Shown piece by piece: positions 17,472-28,398 of a stretch of DNA of 35,695 bases. Positions within the stretch are counted from its first letter, which is position 1; every line of letters starts with the position of its first letter. Source of the DNA: Thermodesulfovibrionales bacterium (GTDB lineage: Bacteria > Nitrospirota > Thermodesulfovibrionia > Thermodesulfovibrionales > UBA6898); assembly GCA_044450345.1 (NCBI GenBank), contig JBIOIY010000033.1:1-35695 (forward strand), given 5' to 3'. The translations under genes and the position numbers were made by a program. Under the pieces are notes generated by a model that saw nothing but the letters and a program-made list of their open reading frames with translations, was not told the origin of the DNA and did not search any database.

Positions 17472-18293
17472 CTATTTCCTCGGCTTCTCTTTGAGAAGAT
17501 CCAGGAAACTCTGTATAGTAGTAAGTTTTCTCTCTGATTGCGTATACATTCTGGAAGAAAAGATCGCAGTCGCCGCATGGCCGGCCAATAGGTTGAAGAG
17601 CTCGTAGTCGACGTTCGTAAAACCTGATTTCTGCATAAGTAGCTTATATATAGAGAGCACGCCTATGACGTGTTCCTTTATCTTCAAAGGGATGCAGACG
17701 ATTGGCTCGTGCGGGTTAAACTCCGCACCGCCGCTCAGGTCATCAGAAAAGAAACTCTCCCCTTCCTTGGCAACTGTTCCTATCGTCCCCTGTCCGATCT
17801 TGATCTTGGGGGCCTCTGAGAGGGACATACCCTCGCTGGTGACAGGTATCAGCTCGTTCGTCTTGTCGTCGATCAGCAGGACCGCGAATTTCTCGGCGCC
17901 GATAAGATTGATGATGATCTCCAGGACAATCCTGAGGACCTCTGAAAAATCGAGCGTGGAATGCAGCTGGTAGCTCGCCACATAAAGGTTGGCCAGGTTG
18001 TTATTCTCCTCTTCCACCTCGAGGTATTTAGAGGCGAAGTCCTTGTTCTCCTCCTCTACCTTTCTGAACCTCTCCTTGAAGGATTTCAGTTCCTCTTCCA
18101 GCAGACCGATCCTGTCTTCATAGAGCTTTGTCCTCGCCTCGTCCCCTGACCTCTGCAGGGTCTCTTCGAGTTGGGCGATCTTGTATCTGAGTTTCTCGTT
18201 CTCACGCAGAAGGTCCTTGGTGAATTCCTCCCCCTTCTTGAACATCTGAAGAAATTCATCCGCCTTGCCGACAAAACCGGTCTCTTTTTCCAC
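17472..18293 (-). CDS. Coiled-coil plus GAF domain protein with no output domain
   Basis: N-terminal heptads (LLRENEKLRYKIAQLEE), LHSTLDFSEVL, GQGTIGTVA, CIPLKIKEHVIGVL, LLAGHAATAI. Confidence 0.85.
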   Translation of the reverse strand: MEKETGFVGKADEFLQMFKKGEEFTKDLLRENEKLRYKIAQLEETLQRSGDEARTKLYEDRIGLLEEELKSFKERFRKVEEENKDFASKYLEVEEENNNLANLYVASYQLHSTLDFSEVLRIVLEIIINLIGAEKFAVLLIDDKTNELIPVTSEGMSLSEAPKIKIGQGTIGTVAKEGESFFSDDLSGGAEFNPHEPIVCIPLKIKEHVIGVLSIYKLLMQKSGFTNVDYELFNLLAGHAATAIFSSRMYTQSERKLTTIQSFLDLLKEKPRK

Positions 18294-19363
18294 TAATCCT
18301 TCTCCCTCTTGACCGAGTGGCTGACCACTCTCAATATTTCAGCCGCGATCTCCGATATAGGCAGGACACTCTCGACCGCCCCGGTCTTTATCGCCTCGGC
18401 CGGCATACCGAAAACCACGGCGCTGGCTTCCGACTCTGCTATAGTATAACCGCCTTTTGTTTTAATTTCCACCACGCCCTGCTTCCCGTCATTGCCCATA
18501 CCGGTCAATACAACGCCCATCGTGTTCGCCCCGTACACGTCGGCCGCCGACTTCATCATATGGTCGACGGACGGTATGTATTTGTCGGCGATCTTCCCCT
18601 CTTTCAGCACGACCACCTCTTTTGAGCCCCTGCGCCTCACCCCGAGATGGTACCCGCCCGGGCAGATCAAAACGTGGCCGGGCTTGATCGGGTCCAGGTC
18701 CTGGGCCTCTTTTATCCTCAGTTGAGACAGTCTGTTAAGCCTCTCGGAAAGCTGGCCGGTAAAACCCCTTGGCATGTGCTGGCTTATGATGATAGCCGCG
18801 GGAAAATCCGCAGGGAGTCTCGCCAGGACAATCTGGAGCGCTGCCGGACCGCCCGTGGAAGAGCCTATCGCCACCACCTGCACAGATTGCTTGCCGACCT
18901 CGCCGGCGATTTCGACAGGTTCCTCTTTGTCCAGCAGCTGTAAATTCTTGCTGAGAATGTCCAGCCTGATGTCCTTTATGCCCCTGATTTTTCTTATGAG
19001 GTCCTTCTCGATGCTCTGCAGTTCGAGCGAGGCGCGCTTTGTGGGCTTCGCAATAAAATCGACCGCGCCGAATTCAAGCGCCTTGAAAACGGTCTTTGAG
19101 TCATTGTGGGAGCTGACCATGATCACGGGAGTGGGCCTCTCGCGCATCAGCCAGCGCAGGAAGCTGAAGCCGTCCATCTCCGGCATTTCGAAATCGAGTG
19201 TAATGATATCGGGTTTTAACCTAAGGGTCTTCGCCATGGCGTCGATGCCGTCGGAGGCGATACCGACGACCTCCAGCCCCGCTTCCTGCTCGATGATCTT
19301 TTTTATCATCTGCCTCGTATACGCGGAATCGTCGACAATAAGTACTTTTGTGCTCACCTGCAT
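18293..19363 (-). CDS. cheB: Chemotaxis response regulator protein-glutamate methylesterase
   Basis: REC (VDDS, TLDFEMPEMDG); catalytic GSSTGGP, QHMP, LTGMGNDG; VVFGMP. Confidence 0.95.
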   Translation of the reverse strand: MQVSTKVLIVDDSAYTRQMIKKIIEQEAGLEVVGIASDGIDAMAKTLRLKPDIITLDFEMPEMDGFSFLRWLMRERPTPVIMVSSHNDSKTVFKALEFGAVDFIAKPTKRASLELQSIEKDLIRKIRGIKDIRLDILSKNLQLLDKEEPVEIAGEVGKQSVQVVAIGSSTGGPAALQIVLARLPADFPAAIIISQHMPRGFTGQLSERLNRLSQLRIKEAQDLDPIKPGHVLICPGGYHLGVRRRGSKEVVVLKEGKIADKYIPSVDHMMKSAADVYGANTMGVVLTGMGNDGKQGVVEIKTKGGYTIAESEASAVVFGMPAEAIKTGAVESVLPISEIAAEILRVVSHSVKREKD

Positions 19364-19382
19364 AAACTCCTGATGGGTTGAT

Positions 19383-20258
19383 TTACTTCTCAGTGCCTGT
19401 TGCCCGGATCTTGCTCTGGGGCTTCTGATACACCATGTCGTTCTTGAAATGCTTCAGCATGAAGGCAGTCGAGATATTTATCAGCGATTCCGCGTGACCG
19501 AGCAGAAGATACCCGCCGTCCACAAGTCTGTCATAGAAATTTTCTATTACCTTCTTCCGTGAAGGACCGTCAAAATATATTAATACATTTCTGCACAAAA
19601 TCACATCCATCTTGCCCAGGAACCTCGTCCTGAAGGAATCGAGGAGGTTGAGGTAGCTGAAGTTAACATATCCCTTGACGCCGTCCGCAATCCTGTAAGA
19701 ACCGTCCTCCTCGGTAAAATACTTGTTGATGTAGCGTGTCTCAGCAGTCCTGAAGGAGTTCCTCCTGTATATGCCTTTCCTCGCCGCCTGCAGCACCCTC
19801 TGGTTTATATCGCTGCCGTATATCTCAATGTCCCAGCCTGCGAAATCTCCCCTCTCCTGTATAAGCATCGCAATCGTGTACGGCTCCTCCCCCGTCGAAC
19901 ACCCCGCGGACCATATCCTCAAAGACCTCCTGTCCCGGTTCTTTTCCTTTAATTCCTCCAGGATCTCCTCGCTGAATGCCTTCAGCTGGTTCTGTTCCCT
20001 GAAAAAATAGGTCTCATTAACGGTCAGCAAGTCGATAATCGCCGCGAGTTCGTCTTCGGAGTTCTTGTCATACCTGATAAAACGGTAGTAGTCCCTGAAG
20101 TCGTCAAGATGCAGGTTGCGTATCCTCCTCGCAAGCCTTTTCTCGAGAAGGTATTTGGAGCCGTCGTCGAAATATAATCCGCAGTAATCCTTGATGATGT
20201 CCCTTATAAGTCTGAATACATCATCTGTAAGGGGTATACTATCTTCATTTTCAAACAC
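19383..20258 (-). CDS. cheR: Chemotaxis protein methyltransferase
   Basis: TVNETYFFRE, IWSAGCSTGEEPYTIAM, GSDIN, CRNVLIYFD, LLLGHAESL. Confidence 0.96.
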   Translation of the reverse strand: MFENEDSIPLTDDVFRLIRDIIKDYCGLYFDDGSKYLLEKRLARRIRNLHLDDFRDYYRFIRYDKNSEDELAAIIDLLTVNETYFFREQNQLKAFSEEILEELKEKNRDRRSLRIWSAGCSTGEEPYTIAMLIQERGDFAGWDIEIYGSDINQRVLQAARKGIYRRNSFRTAETRYINKYFTEEDGSYRIADGVKGYVNFSYLNLLDSFRTRFLGKMDVILCRNVLIYFDGPSRKKVIENFYDRLVDGGYLLLGHAESLINISTAFMLKHFKNDMVYQKPQSKIRATGTEK

Positions 20259-22224
20259 GCAGGGTCTCCTCGACAGCCTTAATTACAGTCGCGTCTTCTT
20301 CAGTGTCAAGGAGTCTTTCGAGTTCTTTCCTGACATACGCCCCCGCACTCCTGCCGAGGGTCCTGACAGCGGCGAGCCTGGTAGCCCAGTCCCTGTCTTT
20401 GAGAAAAGGGATAAGACTGCTTTCGATATTTTCAAAAGGCGCGAGAGCTATGATGGCTGTCCTCCTGACCTCGTCGTCTGCCGACGAGAGCATGCCGATA
20501 ATTGCGTCCCTGGCCTCTTTTCCCCTTATCTCTCCCAGAGACTCAATCGCGGTCGCAACCACGAAACCGTTCCTGTCAGCCAAAAGGCTGATGAGCGTCC
20601 CCACAGCGCTTCTATCCTTCAGCATTCCCATTGACTTCGCCGCAGCCACCCTGACGGAATTATCAGCGTCCCTGCTCAGTATCGTGAGGGACTCAAGCGC
20701 GTCTTTGCCGCCGATGGAGCCGATGCTCAGTGCGGCAGAGATCCTGATGTCGGGGCTTTCGTCCGTGAGCGCGTATGTGAGATACCTCACCGCCTCCTCC
20801 GTGCCTATCGAAGCAAGCGCCCCCACAACCGCCTTTCTCACCTTTACGTCTTCGTCCTTCAGCGCGAACCCGAGTTCTTTCACCGCAGCGGACGCCCTGA
20901 TATCCCCCAGAAGAAGCGCCGTATTTCTCCTGAGCACTGCGTCGGCGTGTCTGAGGGAAGGAACCAGCTGTCCCGCGTCCAGCACGTCCTTAAGGTTCGC
21001 GAGCGCCTCCACCGCAGCCTCCTGCACATCCTCGTAAGGATCGACCAACAGCCCTTTCAGCCGTTCGACCGACCGCGGGTCCTTCAGCTTCGAGATACTG
21101 ACCGCCGCAGTGGCCCTCACGTGGCCGTCGTCATCCATAAGAAGCCCTTCGAGAATATCATAGTAGACGGGCGAGACGACCCTTTCACTCACTTCGCAGA
21201 TAAACCGCATCTGGTGAGGGTTGTCGGTATCAAAGAGCTTCAGCAGCGATTCCGGTTTGTCCCTGCCTATGTACACGAGGGCGTTTTTCACGTCTCCGGA
21301 GAACTCCTCTTCCTGCGATATATCCAGAAGGGGACCATACGCCGCCTCGTCCTTCATAAGGCCGAGCAACAGGATCGCCGAAATCCTCACCTCGCGTTTC
21401 GTCGACCACGCGTGGTTTATCAGCAGTTCCATGGCCCTGGGGCCGAGGATCCGCCTCATTTCTCCGGTTATGAAATCTGCGTCGACTCCGTTGTGATAAA
21501 ACCTTTCGATCGTTTTCAGCGCCTGCTCCTGAATGTTCCTTGAAGGGTCATCGAGGAGCGGGACGATATGCTCAATCGTCGACGCGTCCGAAAGGCGTCC
21601 AAGCGCCTTCATCACCGGCTCTCTCAGGGGTTTCTTCTTGAGCGCCGTCAGCAGATAGGGGACCGCCTTCTTATTGCCGATCCTTCCCAGCGCGTCTGCA
21701 GCGGGGTAAGCCACCCAGAGGTCTCCTCCGTCGAGTATCTCGATAAGCGCATCCACGACCGAAACCTCGCCGACCTTCCCCAGATGCTCCACCGCCGTCG
21801 CCCTGACGTTTTCGTCCTCGTCCTTTATCGCCTCAAGCATCAGGGGCAGCGACCTGCCGTCCCTTTGTTCGCCGAGGACGTCGATGATGAATTTTCTGAC
21901 GTCCCTGTTCGGCGTCTTGAAGGCATCTATAAGATAGACCGTGGCTTTCTTGCCGAGTCTTATCAGCGCCTCTATCGCCGAGTTTCTCGCGCCCGCATTG
22001 TCTTCGATGGAGAGGAGATGGATAAGTCCCGGGATGTATTTTTCGACCGGGTAGTCTTCGAAGAGAATGTCGACCGCCGTCTTCCTGACACGCCAGCTCG
22101 GATCTTCCATTGCCCTGAGCAACAGGGGAATATACGCGTTGTCCCTCCTCCCCTTTATGCTCTCGACGGCCTCTCTTCTTGTCTCTATATTGTTATCGCT
22201 GATCCGCTTTATTAATTCCTGCAC
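20251..22224 (-). CDS. HEAT/PBS-lyase repeat protein
   Basis: Roughly 31-aa repeats of the form L.D....VR..A..ALG along the whole 657 aa. Confidence 0.92.
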   Translation of the reverse strand: MQELIKRISDNNIETRREAVESIKGRRDNAYIPLLLRAMEDPSWRVRKTAVDILFEDYPVEKYIPGLIHLLSIEDNAGARNSAIEALIRLGKKATVYLIDAFKTPNRDVRKFIIDVLGEQRDGRSLPLMLEAIKDEDENVRATAVEHLGKVGEVSVVDALIEILDGGDLWVAYPAADALGRIGNKKAVPYLLTALKKKPLREPVMKALGRLSDASTIEHIVPLLDDPSRNIQEQALKTIERFYHNGVDADFITGEMRRILGPRAMELLINHAWSTKREVRISAILLLGLMKDEAAYGPLLDISQEEEFSGDVKNALVYIGRDKPESLLKLFDTDNPHQMRFICEVSERVVSPVYYDILEGLLMDDDGHVRATAAVSISKLKDPRSVERLKGLLVDPYEDVQEAAVEALANLKDVLDAGQLVPSLRHADAVLRRNTALLLGDIRASAAVKELGFALKDEDVKVRKAVVGALASIGTEEAVRYLTYALTDESPDIRISAALSIGSIGGKDALESLTILSRDADNSVRVAAAKSMGMLKDRSAVGTLISLLADRNGFVVATAIESLGEIRGKEARDAIIGMLSSADDEVRRTAIIALAPFENIESSLIPFLKDRDWATRLAAVRTLGRSAGAYVRKELERLLDTEEDATVIKAVEETLRV

Positions 22225-22681
22225 CGTGTTCCTCTATCAATCCCATCGATTCCTTCAGGATGATCTTTTCTTCCGAAGTAAGAAGGTTATCGATGTTGAG
22301 CAATATGATGATCGCCCCGTCCTTCTTTCCCAGCCCGGTGAGATATTCCGTCTTGAACCCTTTGAACAGGGAAGGAGGGTTTGTCATTTCTTCAGGGGCG
22401 AGCGACATGATTTCCTTCATCCCGTCGACAAGGAGACCTATCTTCTCCTGGCCGAAACGGACTATGATTATCCGCTCCTTCTTCCCCGAAGGCTGTTTCC
22501 CAAAGCGCCTCCTGAGGTCCACGAGGGAAATCACCGCCCCCCTTACGCTCATGACTCCGGAGAGGAAATCCGGCAACCCGGGAAGCGAAAAAATCTTCTG
22601 CACCCTGATGATCTCGACCACCCGGTCGATCTCGATCCCGAATATTTCGTCCGCTATCGTAAATACCGCAAATTTTCGCAT
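22193..22681 (-). CDS. cheW: CheW coupling protein
   Basis: FGIEIDRVVEII, PDFLSGVMSVRGAVISLVDLRRRF, IGLLVD. Confidence 0.93.
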   Translation of the reverse strand: MRKFAVFTIADEIFGIEIDRVVEIIRVQKIFSLPGLPDFLSGVMSVRGAVISLVDLRRRFGKQPSGKKERIIIVRFGQEKIGLLVDGMKEIMSLAPEEMTNPPSLFKGFKTEYLTGLGKKDGAIIILLNIDNLLTSEEKIILKESMGLIEEHGAGINKADQR

Positions 22682-24703
22682 CTACCCTATCTTAAAGACC
22701 TCCATCTCCTTTTTCAAAACACCGATTTCTTCAAAGAGCGCATTCAGCGAAAGTGAGCCCTCCTCCATGTCCTTCACCGTGGATATGCCGATGTTGCTTA
22801 TCTGTTCAATGGCCATGATGATAGAGTCGTTAAGCTTCTTATGGTTCAGCACCGCCTCATTTATCCTGGTGATCTTTTCGTTGGCTAGTTCGAGGTTCTT
22901 CGATATCCCCCTTGTGCCGATCGCCTGCTCCTCGGTGCCGCGCTTGCTGAGATCAGCGACCTCCTTGACCTCGCCGACTCCCTCGAGAAGATAGCTAAGG
23001 GCGTTGTCCTGCTCGCTCGTGGCCTTGGCGACGCTGTGCATCATCTTCCGGATGTCCTCGATCGCGGCCGTGACCTGACGGAGCCCGAGGGACTGCTCCT
23101 CCGTCGCCCTCTCTATCGCCTTGGTCATCTCGGTGGAGTGTTCGGACGCCGTCAGGATCTCCTTAAGGGCGTCTCCGACCTTGATTACAAGACCGTTGCC
23201 CTCCTCCACCTTCGCATTTGCCGAGTCGATCGAAAAAACCGCGTCCCTTATGTCCTGCTGGATCGTCTTGACGATGCCCCCTATCTCCCTCGTCGAACTT
23301 GCGGTCCTTTCCGAGAGCGCCCTTATCTCATCGGCCACTACCGAGAAACTCTTGCCGTACTCACCCGCCTGGGCCGCGAGGATAGCTGCGTTGAGGCTAA
23401 GAAGATTCGTCTGTTCCGTCACGTCCTTTATCACGGAAAGCACCTTCTCGATATCGGATGACCGGGCACCCAGCCGCTGGACTATATCGGAGGATTTCTT
23501 CACCTCCGTCGAGATCTTGTCCATGCCTTCAACGGCATTTACAATCGAGAGCATGCCTATGTCCGAAGTGATCTCCTTTACCTGCTCCGCCATCTTGGAG
23601 GATTCCCTCGCATGGTCTTCGACCTCCCTGACAGAGGCCCCTATCTCTTCTATAGAGGCGGAGGTGTCTTCGACGGCCGAAAGCGCCTCGCCCGCATTCT
23701 TGGAAATTGCCTTTGCGTTATGGGTCATCTGGGCCACGACGGAATACGAATCCTCGGTCGCCTTGAAAAGCCGCTGGGTGTTCGAGGCTATCTCCTCAGC
23801 GGTGGCCTTCAGTTCGATCAGCGACGAAACGTTTTCCGTCGACAGACTTGCAAGGTTCTCTGCGCTGTCGCCGACATCGGACTGGACCTTATTGGCATTA
23901 TGGATGGACTTGAAGATGTCTTTCACAACAGACGTCTGCCTCGTCGTCCCCGCTATCGCATTCTTATAAGTCACGTCGACCTGCTTGATCGCCGTCGAAA
24001 CGTTTACCGCTGTCGAATTGAGTCTCGAAACAGTGAGAGAAAGTCTCTCGGCGAGAAAGGCTATGCCCTTTGCGATACTCCCTATCTCGTTTTCTCCAAG
24101 ATCAGGCACTACGGTTGACAACTCTCCCATCGTAACCCTTTCAATCGTCCTGGTGATCTCGTACACGGGCTTCTTGATGTTTTTGTTGAAGAGGAACATC
24201 ATGACCACACCGACGACAAACAGCATGATAAGCTGATAGAGGGAGATAGTGAGCATATTTTCAAAAAGGTTCCTGTTTATCGATTTCGTCGTATAGTAGA
24301 TTGCTACCTCTCCGATCTTGGCGCCGGACGCCATGACGGGAACACTGAAGGAAAGCTTCTTTTTATAAAAGAGACCCGCGTCTGCGGTCTCATTGTCGAG
24401 CTTTTTTGCGCTTTCACGGACAACCTTCCCTCCGCCGTCCAGTATGCGGACGGCGGTTATGTCCTCGTCCTTCATGATCTCCTGGAGATAGGTCTCGATC
24501 AGTGAGTAATCGTAACTCTGGAGCGGCCCTGCGCTTACTCCCGCGGCGATAGACGACTCCCGCTTTATCCTGTTTTCAAGAGAATCAAAAAGCGACGAGC
24601 GCGTATAGAAAATCATTATGAGAGCCCCGAGGGATTGGCCTATCAGAAGGATCGCAAAGAGTGCGGCAAGAAATTTTGCGGTTATGGATTTATTGAATAT
24701 CAT
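22682..24703 (-). CDS. Methyl-accepting chemotaxis protein with extended coiled coil
   Basis: Two TM, HAMP (NEIG), [37 protein letters not shown]. Confidence 0.93.
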   Translation of the reverse strand: MIFNKSITAKFLAALFAILLIGQSLGALIMIFYTRSSLFDSLENRIKRESSIAAGVSAGPLQSYDYSLIETYLQEIMKDEDITAVRILDGGGKVVRESAKKLDNETADAGLFYKKKLSFSVPVMASGAKIGEVAIYYTTKSINRNLFENMLTISLYQLIMLFVVGVVMMFLFNKNIKKPVYEITRTIERVTMGELSTVVPDLGENEIGSIAKGIAFLAERLSLTVSRLNSTAVNVSTAIKQVDVTYKNAIAGTTRQTSVVKDIFKSIHNANKVQSDVGDSAENLASLSTENVSSLIELKATAEEIASNTQRLFKATEDSYSVVAQMTHNAKAISKNAGEALSAVEDTSASIEEIGASVREVEDHARESSKMAEQVKEITSDIGMLSIVNAVEGMDKISTEVKKSSDIVQRLGARSSDIEKVLSVIKDVTEQTNLLSLNAAILAAQAGEYGKSFSVVADEIRALSERTASSTREIGGIVKTIQQDIRDAVFSIDSANAKVEEGNGLVIKVGDALKEILTASEHSTEMTKAIERATEEQSLGLRQVTAAIEDIRKMMHSVAKATSEQDNALSYLLEGVGEVKEVADLSKRGTEEQAIGTRGISKNLELANEKITRINEAVLNHKKLNDSIIMAIEQISNIGISTVKDMEEGSLSLNALFEEIGVLKKEMEVFKIG

Positions 24704-24772
24704 GACTCCGGCACCGCCGTCTGCGATCGAATCATCTTTTTCATCTTAACCCCCTTTTCCGTTTTGCCATTT

Positions 24773-27652
24773 TCAGACGCCGATGCCGGTCCTCAGATCA
24801 ACCCTATCCGACATCATAGTCCTTATTTCGTCATAATCTTCGTCGGAAGCCTCGCAAAAACCCGTGTAGCTCGTATCGATGGATTTCAGTATGGCTTGCC
24901 CCTCCGGCGTACCGTCGTGTATGCCCACAAGCGCCTCTCTTAATTCGTCCATGATCAGCGGATCGATGTCGCGCGAAACGCAGATATTGAATTCGGGGAT
25001 ATCGCCGGAAATCTTCACGAGTTTCAGCCCCTTTTCCCTGAAGGCATATGCCGTGGACTCCATTACTGCGCCCGCATCGAAATCGCCGGCAAGCACAGCC
25101 TTCGCCACATCGTCGTGATGTCCCAGGTAGTTATGGTACAAGAGGTCCTTGACGTCGACGCCCGCCGAAAGGAGCATGGACCTCGGAACGATGTAGCTCG
25201 ACGTGGAATGGGGATCTCCGAATGCAAAAGACCGGCCTCTGATATCTTCCACCGTATTGATCGCACTGCCGCTTTTCGCGACGATCACGGAATGTTGAAA
25301 GGGCTTGCCTTCCCTCAGGGCCTTCACAAGAACCCGGACAGAGTATTTCTCGTGTGCCTCGACATATGTCGACGGCGTCATAAAACAGAACTGGGTAATA
25401 CCCTGTCCGATATCGCTGACAGCACCCTGGAAGTCTACCGCGACCCTCAATTCGATCTTTTTCTTAAGACTTTTGCTGAGGTAGTCAGCCAGCGGGCTGA
25501 ATTTCTTATACATGACAGCGGGCGATTCGAGCGGGACGATGCCCATCTTCAAGAGGCCGGCCGCAGTCTCCTCGGCGAATGTAAACCTCTCCATCTCAAT
25601 GGCCGCGAGCTCGGCGTCCCTCAAGAGTTCTTTCACCATCTGGTCGAGGTGGAAGGCGCGGTCCCTGTTCTCACGGGGCAGGTCCTTTATCTTTTCTACC
25701 GAATTCCATATCTGGCTCGAACCGATCTTCTGCTCGTTGATCGCCCGCGATATCTGCTGGCTTTTGTCCGAGACGAGTTCGACCGCCAGGGAAATCTGCC
25801 TGCTGGTCGAGGACTGCTCGTTCGTTGCGGTCTTCACATAGTTGGAGACGTCCCTGATTTTTTCAGTCGCACTCATAATAAGCTGGATCCCTCTGTTCTG
25901 CTCTGTCGTGGCCTTCGCGATCTGCCCCACCATGTTCAGGACCTTTTCCATCGCCTTGGAGACGAGGAGTGCGGCCTTCGACTGTTCTGTGGTAGAAAGC
26001 TCTATGGCCGCGGCCATTTCAGAAGATCTCTTGGAGCTTTCGACTATCTTCCTGAGCGCGTCGGCGGCCTCGTTAGTCACCTTGAAGCCCATTTCAACGG
26101 ACTTCAGCCCCTCTTCCATAGCCGCCGCCGAGTCCCCTACCTCACTCTGGACAGCCTGTATAAGGGCGGCGATCTCCTGGGTGGACATCGAAGTCCTTTC
26201 GGCAAGTTCTTTTATCTCGTCGGCGACGACGGAAAAACCCTTCCCGTGTTCACCGGCCTGCGCCGCAAGGATCGCAGCGTTGAGCGCGAGCATCGTCGTC
26301 TGGTCGGTAATCTCATCGATCACGTTCAGTATCTTGCCGATCTCCTCGGAACGACCCCCCAGCTTCTTTATATAATCGGCCGTCTTCTCCACAGACGTCT
26401 TTATGTTCTCCATTCCCTGGATCGTCTTTTCAACGGACACCATGCCGAACGTAACGGCGTCGTTCTTGACTTTATCGGACAGCATAGCCGACTCCTTCGC
26501 CCTCTGCTCGACCTCTTTCACGGAATTGGCGATCTCGACTATGGCAGACTGGGTATCCCCGGCCGCCTCAGCCAGCTCGCCTGCGTTTGCCGCGACCTCC
26601 TTTATCGTGGCCGACAGCTGTTCTATCGATGCGGATGTAGATTCCACGGCCAGGGACATGTCCTGGGTGCTGCTCGTGATCTCGGTGATGTTCGTCACCA
26701 TCTTCCCCATCGACGCGGACGTCTCCTCGGCCGAGGCGGCAAGGCCGTCAGTCCCGTCGGCTATCTCGGATATACCCGCGTTCAATTCCTCTATCGAGGC
26801 GGATATGTTATTGATCGCCTCGGTCTCGAGCATAGTCCCTTCAATCACTTTTTTAGATTCACTTTCGACGTCCGCCGCCACACGCGTCACCCTCTTGGAT
26901 ACATCCCGGATCCTCTGCAGGATGCCGGATATCGAAACCAGCGATTCCCGTATCGCCTTACTGAACCTGCCTATCTCGTCAGTGCTCTTTACCTCTACCT
27001 TAAAGGACATGTCACCTTCAGAGAGCTTCACCGCCGCGTCTTCGAGGGACTTTACGGGCATGATGATCATTTTGCGTATCATCGCCCAGAGTACGATACT
27101 GAAAATAAAGCAGGCCAGGACTGTGACGAGAATTACTATGACGATCATCCGGGATGCGTCGGCATATTCCTTTGTTATGGATATCGATATCTTGACCGCG
27201 CCGAGGATTTCGGGATCGTTAGCGTGACATGTCCTGCATTTTTCGCTGTTTTCGAGAGGCTTATAGAAGGTCATCTTTTTCAATCCCCTCTGGAACAGCG
27301 GCGCCTTTGTCTGCGCTATCTTCCTCATTATATCGGCCTCGGTCGCAGGCGCCGCTTTGTCGAACGCGGCAGCGCCCCGGTAATTCAACAGCGAAATCTC
27401 TTCCGCGCCGCTGGCGCCTTTTACCTCCTCCACCAACGCCTTGGTGAGGTCGGCCCTTCCCTCGATCATTGTCCTCTCCACGTCCTTGACAATGACCTTC
27501 GCCACGGCCTCGGAGCTCGTCTCGGTCAGGCTATAGAGGCTTTTCTTTTCGATAGTCAGAACCATCACGCCCGCGAGGATTATGCCGGCCAACAGCATGC
27601 TCACCACGAGAGCCAGTATTTTCAGTTCGAGTTTTTCCCTCATGCGCCTCAT
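24773..27652 (-). CDS. Chemoreceptor: periplasmic c-type heme sensor, HAMP, extended MCP signalling domain, C-terminal PhnD-like substrate-binding domain
   Basis: CRTCH between two [37 protein letters not shown]-terminal [44 protein letters not shown]. Confidence 0.9.
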   Translation of the reverse strand: MRRMREKLELKILALVVSMLLAGIILAGVMVLTIEKKSLYSLTETSSEAVAKVIVKDVERTMIEGRADLTKALVEEVKGASGAEEISLLNYRGAAAFDKAAPATEADIMRKIAQTKAPLFQRGLKKMTFYKPLENSEKCRTCHANDPEILGAVKISISITKEYADASRMIVIVILVTVLACFIFSIVLWAMIRKMIIMPVKSLEDAAVKLSEGDMSFKVEVKSTDEIGRFSKAIRESLVSISGILQRIRDVSKRVTRVAADVESESKKVIEGTMLETEAINNISASIEELNAGISEIADGTDGLAASAEETSASMGKMVTNITEITSSTQDMSLAVESTSASIEQLSATIKEVAANAGELAEAAGDTQSAIVEIANSVKEVEQRAKESAMLSDKVKNDAVTFGMVSVEKTIQGMENIKTSVEKTADYIKKLGGRSEEIGKILNVIDEITDQTTMLALNAAILAAQAGEHGKGFSVVADEIKELAERTSMSTQEIAALIQAVQSEVGDSAAAMEEGLKSVEMGFKVTNEAADALRKIVESSKRSSEMAAAIELSTTEQSKAALLVSKAMEKVLNMVGQIAKATTEQNRGIQLIMSATEKIRDVSNYVKTATNEQSSTSRQISLAVELVSDKSQQISRAINEQKIGSSQIWNSVEKIKDLPRENRDRAFHLDQMVKELLRDAELAAIEMERFTFAEETAAGLLKMGIVPLESPAVMYKKFSPLADYLSKSLKKKIELRVAVDFQGAVSDIGQGITQFCFMTPSTYVEAHEKYSVRVLVKALREGKPFQHSVIVAKSGSAINTVEDIRGRSFAFGDPHSTSSYIVPRSMLLSAGVDVKDLLYHNYLGHHDDVAKAVLAGDFDAGAVMESTAYAFREKGLKLVKISGDIPEFNICVSRDIDPLIMDELREALVGIHDGTPEGQAILKSIDTSYTGFCEASDEDYDEIRTMMSDRVDLRTGIGV

Positions 27653-28398
27653 TACGATACCTCTATATTCAGAGCGACATCAGACCTGACAATCGATATG
27701 AAGCGCTTTTCGAGTATTACTACGCCTTCTATATACTTAAGCTCGTTCTCCGTAAGATGGGAAGGCGGATCGAGTATCGTTCCGGCAGGAAACCTCATTA
27801 CTCCGAGGACCTTGTCAATCGTAGCTCCTATCATACCTTTGGGGCCTGAAAGAATAAGTATCCTCCTGTCTTCTTTCTTATCGCCCATGTCCTCTTTCGT
27901 CGCTTCCCTTTCCTCTTGCGGTTCGTCTGTACCCTTTAGTGCAAGTCTGCTCCGGAGGTCTATCACAGGGATGATCTTCCCTCGTAACGAGGTTATCCCC
28001 CGGACATAGTCCGGCATTGTCGGGACCCTTGTGATCCTCTGGAACCGGATGATCTCCTCGACCTCGGAAACCCGGAATGCAAATTCTTCGCGGAAGAGGC
28101 TGAACGTCAGGAGTTCCAGCGCTACTGCTTCCTCCCCGGGTCCCTCCTTCGGCTCCGAAGGCATCTGCCCCTCGTCCTCTCCCCGGGGAGGTGCGGCGAC
28201 TTCGCCCCTTCTCTCCCCTGCACCGGGAAGAAAGGGTGTTTCATCATCTATGTCTCCAGGAACTTCCTGGACAGGTTCTTCATGAGAGACAGGCACCTGT
28301 GGCGTCTGCGAAGCCTCCTTGGCAGGCTGGACAGCCTCAGCCGCCTTTCCCTTTTCCTCTTTCTCTTTTGCCTTTTTTCTAATTCTCGCGATATCCAT
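27652..28398 (-). CDS. cheW: CheW protein with ~90-aa Pro/Glu-rich N-terminal extension
   Basis: [41 protein letters not shown]-terminus [11 protein letters not shown] then acidic linker. Confidence 0.9.
   Translation of the reverse strand: MDIARIRKKAKEKEEKGKAAEAVQPAKEASQTPQVPVSHEEPVQEVPGDIDDETPFLPGAGERRGEVAAPPRGEDEGQMPSEPKEGPGEEAVALELLTFSLFREEFAFRVSEVEEIIRFQRITRVPTMPDYVRGITSLRGKIIPVIDLRSRLALKGTDEPQEEREATKEDMGDKKEDRRILILSGPKGMIGATIDKVLGVMRFPAGTILDPPSHLTENELKYIEGVVILEKRFISIVRSDVALNIEVS

Noticed and set aside
25115..28009. 964-aa plus-strand ORF, and similar long antisense ORFs at 15291-16631, 29529-30884 and 23121-23969
   Set aside because: They lie opposite well-supported MCP/CheA genes, show no recognisable motifs, and are expected shadows of biased codon usage.
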